Shown: piece by piece, positions 8,411 to 16,570 of the stretch | How the letters are laid out: each line of letters opens with the position of its first letter | Position numbering within the stretch: the first letter of the stretch is position 1 | Assembly: GCF_000092105.1 (NCBI RefSeq) | Contig: NC_014148.1 | Location: 330,001 to 362,000 of the forward strand | Length of the DNA: 32,000 nt | Reading direction: 5' to 3' | Origin: Planctopirus limnophila DSM 3776 | GTDB taxonomy: Bacteria > Planctomycetota > Planctomycetia > Planctomycetales > Planctomycetaceae | Program-made: the position numbers and the translations under genes | Notes under the pieces: generated by a model | Database searches by the model: none | Told to the model about the DNA's origin: nothing | What the model saw: only the letters and a program-made list of their open reading frames with translations

Positions 8411-9279
8411 CAGTGCTGCAGTTTCTCTTTGCCGTCTTTGCCAGCACCACCTGCCTGGGGGCTGTGATGGTGGCCTTGACGCAGAACATTGTGCGGATGG
8501 CGTTCTGGCTCATGGTCTCTGTCGCTTCGGCTGCGGGTTTGTTCTTCCTCCTCCATGCTGATTTTCTCGCTGCGGCCCAGTTGCTGGTCTATCTGGGAGG
8601 AACTGTGGTGATTCTCGTCTTCGGTGTCATGCTGACTGCCGGTGGACGCACGAAATCACTTTCGCCAACTGGCGGTGAAACGATTCTGGCAGCGGCATTG
8701 GCCCTGTCACTGATCATGCTGTTGCTCTTTACCGTAGGTTCGGTGGATTGGGAACGGCTGAATACACTGGCAAAAGCAGACCAGATCTTGCCAAGTGCTG
8801 TACAGCCGGAAAATCATACCGAACCTCAGCTCACTGAAAGTTCTCCAACGGGTGATGAAAGATCACCAGTTCTGGGAGCAGGCCGGAATGGAGACACTGG
8901 TCATGCTCTGGGAAGTGCCATGATTGGTTTTCGACCGCAGTGGAATCGCGAAAATCAGCTTGTTCTGGGAACCGGCTATTTGCTTCCTTTTGAAATCATC
9001 TCGGTTCATCTGCTGGTCGTCTTGATCGGAGCCGCTTATCTGGCTCGTGCCAAGCGGCAACTTCCTTCCTCCAGGCGGAGTACAGATGCCACCTCGACCT
9101 CTTTGTTGTGGGATCAAGACTCAGCACAGCTTGACAGTTCAGGCTCAGCGAATCCGGCGCTGAGTCATTCTTCACCAGTCAGGGATGACTTGTCGCGCAG
9201 CCAGAATCTTGTTTCAGGAACCGGATTCTCGATGTTCAGCAGCGAATCTCCATCCCAAAACTCAGGAGAGGCAACATGA
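8407..9279 (+). CDS. nuoJ: NADH-quinone oxidoreductase subunit J, with an internal hydrophilic insertion and a Ser-rich C-terminal tail
   Basis: ND6/NuoJ pattern: LGAVMVALTQNIVRMAFWLMVSVASAAGLFFLLHADFLAAAQLLVYLGGTVVILVFGVMLT, then YLLPFEIISVHLLVVLIGAAYL. The ATG overlaps the nuoH stop (ATGA at 8407-8410). Confidence 0.9.
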   Translation: MTVLQFLFAVFASTTCLGAVMVALTQNIVRMAFWLMVSVASAAGLFFLLHADFLAAAQLLVYLGGTVVILVFGVMLTAGGRTKSLSPTGGETILAAALALSLIMLLLFTVGSVDWERLNTLAKADQILPSAVQPENHTEPQLTESSPTGDERSPVLGAGRNGDTGHALGSAMIGFRPQWNRENQLVLGTGYLLPFEIISVHLLVVLIGAAYLARAKRQLPSSRRSTDATSTSLLWDQDSAQLDSSGSANPALSHSSPVRDDLSRSQNLVSGTGFSMFSSESPSQNSGEAT

Positions 9280-9578
9280 GTCTGGGAGCTTACCTTGCGG
9301 TCTCAGCCGTACTTTTTGCCTCCGGGCTGACATGCATGATGACCAAGCGGCATGCACTGGGTGTGCTGATGGGTGTCGAATTGATCCTCAACTCGGCTTG
9401 TCTCAATCTCATTGCTTTTGCCCGGTATACCACTTTAGGGATTGATGGACAGGTCTTTGCCCTGTTTGTCATCGTGATTGCTGCCGCCGAGGCTGCCGTC
9501 GCACTGGCGATTGCCTTGAATTACTACAATAACTTCCTCACGGTTGATGTCGATCGGGGTGACGAGTTGAAGCGATAA
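9276..9578 (+). CDS. nuoK: NADH-quinone oxidoreductase subunit K
   Basis: 100 aa with 3 TM segments. ND4L/NuoK pattern: GVELILNSACLNLIAF ... VIVIAAAEAAVALAIALNYY. The ATG overlaps the nuoJ stop (ATGA). Confidence 0.95.
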   Translation: MSLGAYLAVSAVLFASGLTCMMTKRHALGVLMGVELILNSACLNLIAFARYTTLGIDGQVFALFVIVIAAAEAAVALAIALNYYNNFLTVDVDRGDELKR

Positions 9579-9637
9579 TCGAATTCCTGTTGGGAAACTT
9601 CCACCTTACCTTTTGAAGCAACGGTCCGACGATAACT

Positions 9638-11968
9638 GTGACTGCCGATTCACTGATCATTTCCTGTCTGATGCTGGCCTGGCTCCTCCCACTTGCGGGA
9701 TGTGTGGTGATCTCGGTGCTGCGCCTCAAGCTGAGTCGGCTCTCGGCAGTTCCCGGCTGGATCGGGACTGGCTCGTTACTGGTCGCCTTTTGCCTGAGCC
9801 TGATCAGTGCAGGTGTCTGGCTGATGACGAGCCCTGCTGAGACTGCTGCCTTTCAAGCGTCAAGTGTCAGCGATGTCGCCGCTCATGAAACTGGAAACTT
9901 GTTGCAGCGGCGACTGGTCGGGCACTGGTACTCACTGGCGAAATTCGGCGAGATCGATTTTCCGCTGGGTTATGCGATTGACGCGTTGACTGTGCTGATG
10001 TTTGTCCTCGTGACGATGATTTCACTGGCAGTCCATGCTTACTCGCTCGTTTACATGGCCGACGAACAGACGGAAAGCTATCAGGATCATCATCTCGATC
10101 ATTCCGCCGGTGAAACTTCTGAGCGACCGGGCCGCTTTGCCCATTTCTATGCAGCTTTAGGCTTATTCACCTTTGCCATGCTGGGGATTGTCCTCGCTCA
10201 TGGTCTGCTCCAGATTTTTATTTTCTGGGAACTTGTCGGCTTCTCCAGCTACTTACTGATTGGCTTCTATCACGAGCGGCGTACTGCCCGATTGGCATCG
10301 ATGAAAGCCTTTCTCATGAATCGCGTGGGAGATGTGGGCTTCGTCCTCGGGATGACGATCCTGCTGGCAACTTGTGGCACACTCCTACTGTACCCGGTGC
10401 ATGACTTGAATGGCACCTCTGCCAGCAGCGTGCCGATGGCTTTGCCAGAAGCTTTCCAGGCAGCCGTCGAGAAGGCTGTTCCCTCACAGGCAATACACGA
10501 TCAGGCAAATCTGATACCCACAGAACAGGGGATCAGCTATGCGTTGCTGGTGGCTGCCGGTTTGGGTCTGCTGGCTGGTTGTGTGGGCAAAAGTGCCCAG
10601 TTTCCTTTGCATCCGTGGCTGGCAGATGCCATGGAAGGGCCGACTCCGGTTTCGGCTCTGGTGCACTCAGCGACGATGGTTGCGGCTGGAGTTTATCTCG
10701 CTGCCAGAATCGCTCCGCTATTGCTTCCTGAGGCGTTGTTGCTGCTGGCTTATATGGGTGTCGTGACCTTGCTGCTGGGGGCCAGCATGGCGATCGTTGC
10801 GCGAGACTTAAAACTTGTCCTCGCACATTCCACAATCAGTCAACTGGGGCTCATGCTCTTAGGAATTGGTGTCGGTGCGTGGGAAGCGGCGATTTTTCAT
10901 CTGATCACCCATGCCTTCTTCAAATCACTATTGTTCCTGGGGGCCGGCAGCGTGATTCATACCACGCATCACGAGCAGGATCTGGAAAAGCTGGGTGGGT
11001 TAAGGGCCCACCTGCCACTGACATCACTGACGATGCTCATCGGAGTGATTGCTCTTTCGGGGTTGGCTGTCCCTTATGTGACGATTTTTGGAGAGAGCCT
11101 GGGCTTTTCGGGGTTTCATTCCAAAGACGCCATTGTCTCGGGGACGATGGCGTTTGTACTGAAGAATCCCCATCACATTCTGCTCTTAATCAGTGTACTG
11201 CTGGGTGCCTGCCTGACTGCGGCTTACAGTCTGCGGTTATGGTTCAAGCTCTTTGCCCGGGATACGCCCGTTGATCCTGCTCTGCAGCAGGTTCACGAAG
11301 GCCCATGGCTGATGACATGGCCGCTCGTGGTGCTGGCGTTCTTTGCTGCATTCTGTGCATTGGGTGGTGAAGAGGGGTTTGTATCCACATTGGTAGAAGA
11401 AAGTCTGAGCCCTGCCCCCGCCTGGTTCAGTGACTCGACTGGTGAAGTGGTTTCCATTCAATGGACGAATGCCAGTGATCGCCATGCCGTTCATGGAACG
11501 GCCGGTGCCATGGCTTTGGCCGCTGCCTGGCTGGGAGCTTTGATTGCGTGGGCGCTGTATGGATTGCAGGCGATATCATCAAAGGATCTGTCGCATCAGT
11601 TGACGCCTCTGGTCAGGCTGGCGAGTCATCGCTGGTATTTTGATACGCTATACCGTGGGCTTCTGGTACTTCCCATTCTGAATCTGGCCAGACACACCGC
11701 CTGGATTGACCGAATTCTCATTGATCCATTCATTGATGGTTGTGCCCGCTTAAGTGAGCGAGTTTCTCATGCCAGCCAGTGGTTCGATGAAGCGATGATC
11801 AACCGCTTTTTTGACAACATGGCCAGCAGCGTCTGGGCCTCCGGTTTATCGCTGAGAAAAGCACAGACGGGACATATTCGCCAGTATGTGCTGCTGGCCA
11901 CCATGGCTGTGATTGTGCTGTTCCTGATTTTGTTTGCCTGGATGCCGGGAGATCGGGCCGGGCGCTGA
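9638..11968 (+). CDS. nuoL: NADH-quinone oxidoreductase subunit L
   Basis: ND5/NuoL motifs: IFIFWELVGFSSYLLIGFYHER, KAFLMNRVGDVGF, KSAQFPLHPWLADAMEGPTPVSALVHSATMVAAGVYL. GTG start at 9638. Confidence 0.95.
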   Translation: MTADSLIISCLMLAWLLPLAGCVVISVLRLKLSRLSAVPGWIGTGSLLVAFCLSLISAGVWLMTSPAETAAFQASSVSDVAAHETGNLLQRRLVGHWYSLAKFGEIDFPLGYAIDALTVLMFVLVTMISLAVHAYSLVYMADEQTESYQDHHLDHSAGETSERPGRFAHFYAALGLFTFAMLGIVLAHGLLQIFIFWELVGFSSYLLIGFYHERRTARLASMKAFLMNRVGDVGFVLGMTILLATCGTLLLYPVHDLNGTSASSVPMALPEAFQAAVEKAVPSQAIHDQANLIPTEQGISYALLVAAGLGLLAGCVGKSAQFPLHPWLADAMEGPTPVSALVHSATMVAAGVYLAARIAPLLLPEALLLLAYMGVVTLLLGASMAIVARDLKLVLAHSTISQLGLMLLGIGVGAWEAAIFHLITHAFFKSLLFLGAGSVIHTTHHEQDLEKLGGLRAHLPLTSLTMLIGVIALSGLAVPYVTIFGESLGFSGFHSKDAIVSGTMAFVLKNPHHILLLISVLLGACLTAAYSLRLWFKLFARDTPVDPALQQVHEGPWLMTWPLVVLAFFAAFCALGGEEGFVSTLVEESLSPAPAWFSDSTGEVVSIQWTNASDRHAVHGTAGAMALAAAWLGALIAWALYGLQAISSKDLSHQLTPLVRLASHRWYFDTLYRGLLVLPILNLARHTAWIDRILIDPFIDGCARLSERVSHASQWFDEAMINRFFDNMASSVWASGLSLRKAQTGHIRQYVLLATMAVIVLFLILFAWMPGDRAGR

Positions 11969-12109
11969 TGGGTATTTCCTGTGAATCTGCTAAAACCTTA
12001 AAAATCGTGTTTCATGAAAATGAGTCGCTGTTGTAACAGGCCCTGGAAATTGCAGGGCATTAACGTTCACTGACGTTATATCTTTCCTTTACGGAACATT
12101 GCCGACCCC

Positions 12110-13789
12110 ATGTTTGCCGACCCGCAATTCCTGATGAGCTGTGCTCTGTTCCTGCCTGTCCTGTGGGGTCTGGGTCTGTTTGGTTTTCCATCCAGAGCTG
12201 TGAGTGCGATTCGCTGGTATGCACTGGCCGGGGCCTGCTGCGAACTGGCAATCACTGTGCAACTGGCTGGAATTGCTCTGGGTTGGATCGACGCTTCACC
12301 CGCAGTGAATGCATCCACAACGAGTTTAAGAAACGACATTCTGCTGGGCATGAGCCTGCCGTGGATTCCCACCTGGAATGTGAATTACTCGCTGGGAGTC
12401 GATGGCTTCAGCCTGCCACTCATCCTCTTGACCTCGCTGATTTTTGTGCTTTCGATTGTGGCATCATGGAGTATTAAAACTCACATTCGAGGATTTCTGT
12501 TTCTGCTGTTGCTGCTGGAAACAGGGGTCATGGGTGTCTTCCTGGCCCTGGATTTCTTTCTGTTTTTTGTCATGTGGGAAGTGATGCTGCTCCCGATGTA
12601 CTTTCTCATCGGTCTGTGGGGTGGCCCACGCCGGGAGTATGCCGCGATTAAATTCTTCCTGTACACGCTGGCGGGCGGTGTTTGTCTGCTGATGGCCATG
12701 TTGATGGTCTATTCTGCTTCGGGAGGAAGTTTTGATCTGCTTGAGCTGGCCCGCATGGCTCAGGGGCAGGCACCAAAGCCAGGAATGGATCTGGATCAGG
12801 GAATTGCATTGACGGCAGCCATGGGTGATACCAGTCTGCAATGGAGAGTCTTCGTGCTCCTCCTGATTGCCTTTCTGATCAAGCTGCCGGCTGTTCCCCT
12901 GCATACCTGGCTACCTGATGCTCACGTCGAAGCTCCGACTCCTGTGAGTATGATCCTCGCAGGGATTCTCTTGAAACTGGGTGGGTATGGCTTCTTGCGA
13001 ATTGCGATTCCGATCTGCCCGCTGGGGTTTGCCGAATGGGCGTGGTTCATGGTGGCGCTCGGCGTGTTCTGTGTACTGTATGGCGCACTGGCAGCGCTGG
13101 CTCAGAGTGATTTCAAACGATTGGTGGCTTATAGCTCAGTCAGCCACATGGGCTATGTGCTGATGGGTCTGGGAGCTTTCCGTTTTCAGGAATTGACGGG
13201 TGTTGTCCTCAATCCCGACTTTTCCACCATGGGACTTTCCGCGGCTACCTTCCAGATGGTGGCTCACGGGATTGTCTCTGCCGGGATGTTCTTTGTTGTG
13301 GGTGTGCTTTACGACCGTGTCAAACATCGCGATCTACGTCAGTTTGGCGGGATTGCCAGCCTGCAACCTCACTTCTCAGCGATTGCTGCGGGGATTTTCT
13401 TCGCTGGTCTGGGTCTGCCGGGTCTGTGCGGGTTTATCGGCGAAGCGTTCTCGATCTTTTCGGTCTGGCATGTGGATCGATTCTTCTCAGTTGGCGGTGC
13501 CCTGGGGATGATTCTGACTGCAGGTTACATCCTCTGGGCGTTGCAGCGGGTTTATCTCGGGCCAACGTACACCGGCCCCAATCGCGAGTACCTGACAGAG
13601 ATCAATTTTCGAGAATATACTGTCGGCTATATTCTGCTGGCCTTTGCGATTGGCCTGGGTGTCTATCCTGCGATGGCCCTCAACGTGATTGAACCCGCAT
13701 CCCGGCAACTGGTTCAACAGATCAGTGGTAGCCAGGAACGACAACTTTCTTTGAATCGAGCCAGCATTGAATCGCCATTGGACAAATAA
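12110..13789 (+). CDS. nuoM: NADH-quinone oxidoreductase subunit M
   Basis: ND4/NuoM motifs: PLHTWLPDAHVEAPTPVSMILAGILLKLGGYGFLR and AQSDFKRLVAYSSVSHMGYVLMG. Confidence 0.95.
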   Translation: MFADPQFLMSCALFLPVLWGLGLFGFPSRAVSAIRWYALAGACCELAITVQLAGIALGWIDASPAVNASTTSLRNDILLGMSLPWIPTWNVNYSLGVDGFSLPLILLTSLIFVLSIVASWSIKTHIRGFLFLLLLLETGVMGVFLALDFFLFFVMWEVMLLPMYFLIGLWGGPRREYAAIKFFLYTLAGGVCLLMAMLMVYSASGGSFDLLELARMAQGQAPKPGMDLDQGIALTAAMGDTSLQWRVFVLLLIAFLIKLPAVPLHTWLPDAHVEAPTPVSMILAGILLKLGGYGFLRIAIPICPLGFAEWAWFMVALGVFCVLYGALAALAQSDFKRLVAYSSVSHMGYVLMGLGAFRFQELTGVVLNPDFSTMGLSAATFQMVAHGIVSAGMFFVVGVLYDRVKHRDLRQFGGIASLQPHFSAIAAGIFFAGLGLPGLCGFIGEAFSIFSVWHVDRFFSVGGALGMILTAGYILWALQRVYLGPTYTGPNREYLTEINFREYTVGYILLAFAIGLGVYPAMALNVIEPASRQLVQQISGSQERQLSLNRASIESPLDK

Positions 13790-13904
13790 CGTATCACCTT
13801 CTGCAGCCTCACGACGACTTTCGTATCCCCAAGAACAAACTCAAACGCAGTCTGACCGATTACCTTGAGAGTCTGATCCAATTATTGAACCGGCCTTGAG
13901 CGAT

Positions 13905-15692
13905 ATGACACTTGACGACCTCTTCGCTGACTTTCTGGCCAATGGGACAGGCCGCGCCTTAGTGCTGCTGGCCCCCGAACTGTTGTTGTGTGCGACAATC
14001 ATCGCCACGCTCTTGTGGCGTTTATTGAATCTGGACCGGTATGTCCCAGTTGCAGCGATTGCCACACTGGGTGTCGTAGTCTCTTTAGGTTGGGCTGGCT
14101 GGCAACTCCAGGCGAGTATTTTGCAGCTCCAGCCTGCGGAGATTCTGTTTACCGGGATGATCCGGCTGGATCGATTTGCCCTGTTTCTCAGAGTTTATCT
14201 GCTGCTGTTTCTCGTTTTGCAGATCGTGCTGACCACGCTGGGGGGAATTCCCGATCAGGAAGACAGCCCTGATTTTTACACCATGCTCTGTGGCGCCGTC
14301 GTGGGTCTGCTCCTGATGACAAGTGCCCACCATTTATTGCTGGTCTTTCTGGCTCTCGAAATGTCGAGTGTCCCGGGTTATGTGCTGGCTGGTTTTCTCA
14401 AAGGTCGCCGGCAATCAAGCGAAGCAGCTCTCAAGTTTGTGATCTTTGGTTCTGCTTCCGCAGGGCTGCTGCTCTTTGGCGTCACGCTGATTTGTGGACT
14501 GGCCGGGACTGGCGATCTTTCTCTGGTCGGTTCTCGACTGGAAGCTGTGATTTCGATCGATGGCGCGACTCTGGCTAATCCTGCCGTGAGGACCTTGCTG
14601 TTGGCACTGGTGATGATCTTTGCCGGAATGGCATTCAAGCTGAGTCTCGTCCCCTTTCACTTCTGGTGCCCGGATGTCTTCCATGGTGCTGCTGCGGAAG
14701 TGGGTGCATTTTTGTCGATTGCTTCCAAAGGGGCCACATTGGCACTCCTCGTACGGCTGGTGCTGGGCATGGTGGCAGGTGGCGAACTGGAAGCGTTCTG
14801 GAATCTGCTGGCACAAGGCCTGGGAGTCATCGCGGCGATCACGATCACATTCGGGAACCTGGCTGCTTTCGGGCAAACCAATATCAAACGACTGATGGCC
14901 TATTCGACGATTGCTCATGCCGGCTATCTGCTGATCCCGATTGCTGTGCTGGCCATTCCGGCTTTGGCGGGTGTCAATCAGATCGCTAGTACGGTGACGC
15001 CGGCACCTTCAACCAACGATGTTCTGCAAACTCAGGAGATGCTCGCCAGCAGCGTGGCTGTGCGAGCTGTCGAGTCGATGCTCTATTACATCGTTGTGAC
15101 ACTCTTTATGAATCTGGGTGTGTTCTCCTGTTTGATTCTCGTACGGAACCAGACGCTGGGAGAATCGATTGATGACTTCCGTGGGCTGGCCAGCCAGGCG
15201 CCGGTTCTGGCTGTGGCCATGTCACTCTCGCTGGCCAGTCTGATTGGTTTGCCACCGACTGGCGGGTTTGTCGCCAAGCTCATGTTGTTCTCGAGTCTGT
15301 ACGATGCGGGTGCGAAGCTCCCCTTGTTTTATGCAGTGCTGATTGTGGGGGTGGTCAATATCCTGCTCAGTCTACTGGTTTATCTGAAGCTGTTCCGGGC
15401 CATGTTTTTTGATCAGCCCGTCGAAGGGGCTCCACCTGTCTGTATCGCTCCGTTTTCGATGGCAACGATGTTTGTTGTCACGGTGAGTATTCCTGTGCTC
15501 TCGTCAGGAATCGATGTCTCAGGATTAAGTCGCCTTTCACGCGATGCGGCTGTCTCACTATGGGATCAAACTCAAGATGAGAGCCGGAAATCTTCCAGTC
15601 TTGTTCCGGAATTAAAAAAGCCGCCAGTTGCCTCGGAAACTGTGCAGGGCAATTTAGTGTCCGGTGCATTGAGCAATGGAGATCACCCGTGA
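13905..15692 (+). CDS. nuoN: NADH-quinone oxidoreductase subunit N
   Basis: ND2/NuoN motifs: LVPFHFWCPDVFHGAAAEVGAFLSIASKGA and QTNIKRLMAYSTIAHAGYLL. ATG at 13905; the track ORF begins at a TTG at 13896. Confidence 0.9.
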   Translation: MTLDDLFADFLANGTGRALVLLAPELLLCATIIATLLWRLLNLDRYVPVAAIATLGVVVSLGWAGWQLQASILQLQPAEILFTGMIRLDRFALFLRVYLLLFLVLQIVLTTLGGIPDQEDSPDFYTMLCGAVVGLLLMTSAHHLLLVFLALEMSSVPGYVLAGFLKGRRQSSEAALKFVIFGSASAGLLLFGVTLICGLAGTGDLSLVGSRLEAVISIDGATLANPAVRTLLLALVMIFAGMAFKLSLVPFHFWCPDVFHGAAAEVGAFLSIASKGATLALLVRLVLGMVAGGELEAFWNLLAQGLGVIAAITITFGNLAAFGQTNIKRLMAYSTIAHAGYLLIPIAVLAIPALAGVNQIASTVTPAPSTNDVLQTQEMLASSVAVRAVESMLYYIVVTLFMNLGVFSCLILVRNQTLGESIDDFRGLASQAPVLAVAMSLSLASLIGLPPTGGFVAKLMLFSSLYDAGAKLPLFYAVLIVGVVNILLSLLVYLKLFRAMFFDQPVEGAPPVCIAPFSMATMFVVTVSIPVLSSGIDVSGLSRLSRDAAVSLWDQTQDESRKSSSLVPELKKPPVASETVQGNLVSGALSNGDHP

Positions 15693-16147
15693 CTGCGAAC
15701 TCGTCGGCACATCGCAAACTGATTCATCATAATCGCAGTCTGAGTGAGCTGGCGGTGCAGCTCAAGCGAAGTTTTTTGCAATACCTGGCTTACACATCGC
15801 CTTACATACCGCCAGAAGCCCATTCGATCTGGAGAACACTCGGACAATTGGCGGAGACACAATTGTCACACGCTGAGGCGATCCTCGATTTATTGTCTGA
15901 CCGACGTTTTGTGGCTCTCGACAGTGCTTTCCCCATGGAGTTTGCCACACATCATTACGTGTCGTTGAACTATCTGCTGCGGCCACTGTGCCTGGATCAA
16001 CAACAACGAGCCAGCCTGGCCCGACAGGCTGCTCATGAGCTGATGGACGATGTAGAAGCTCGACCATTGCTGGAGCGGATTGCTTCTGGAGAAGCATTGA
16101 TCTCACAGGAGATTGAGAAGCTTCAGCAAGGCATCGCGCAGAATTAA
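15689..16147 (+). CDS. Hypothetical helical protein (152 aa), translationally coupled to nuoN
   Basis: The GTG start overlaps the nuoN TGA (GTGA at 15689-15692). Codon usage resembles neighbouring genes. The antisense ORF 15762-16211 translates to low-quality sequence. No family recognised. Confidence 0.6.
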   Translation: MTANSSAHRKLIHHNRSLSELAVQLKRSFLQYLAYTSPYIPPEAHSIWRTLGQLAETQLSHAEAILDLLSDRRFVALDSAFPMEFATHHYVSLNYLLRPLCLDQQQRASLARQAAHELMDDVEARPLLERIASGEALISQEIEKLQQGIAQN

Positions 16148-16169
16148 TGTGCATGAGAAGCAACGTCAA

Positions 16170-16216
16170 CATCCGGGAAAGTGATTTCATCCGGGCGTTG
16201 TTTCTGTTCATCCGGG
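16170..16216 (+). repeat. Three direct copies of CATCCGGG spaced 18 and 21 bp apart, just after the stop of the 152-aa ORF
   Basis: Read directly: copies at 16170-16177, 16188-16195 and 16209-16216. Copies 2 and 3 share TTCATCCGGG. Confidence 0.8.
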
Positions 16217-16445
16217 ATCACATCAATTCCTGCACCAGTGCTTCAGTTTGTTGATTGATCATCCATCAAAATTCTTTTGGTATCCCTTCTGACAGCACTG
16301 AGAAAGTTGATAATTTTTGAAGGCTTTGTCAGGAGTGCGGATTGACTTTTCCATCGGAAAATGCGGTTGAAAGAAAATCTGAAATCCTCGTTTGTCGTCA
16401 TCGATGTTTGTGGTTAGACTCCTCGCCTTGCACGGACGCTCACGG

Positions 16446-16467
16446 GGCCACGGCTGGCCATTTTTTT
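16446..16467 (+). terminator. Putative intrinsic terminator: GGCCA-CGGC-TGGCC hairpin followed by A + T7
   Basis: Read directly. Stem of 5 bp (16446-16450 / 16455-16459), then TTTTTTT at 16461-16467. The stem is short, so confidence is moderate. Confidence 0.5.
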
Positions 16468-16570
16468 CTCTTTGCCTGCTATCCCGATTTCTCGTGAAGC
16501 ATTCAGTCGTTTTGCTCATCTGCAAAAGTCGATGCTCTGCTTTTCCTTGAGATGCCGCTGAGATCGCTTC

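Noticed and set aside
15762-16211. Minus-strand 149-aa ORF overlapping the 152-aa nuoN-coupled ORF and the CATCCGGG repeats.
   Set aside because: The translation is poor-quality (Arg/Ser/Pro/Val-rich, no structure-like periodicity). The plus-strand ORF has the coupled start and better codon usage.
16259-16525. Minus-strand 88-aa ORF in the post-nuo noncoding tract.
   Set aside because: Its codon third positions are AT-rich, unlike real genes here. It spans the T7/A7 run and hairpins, so it is more likely noncoding.
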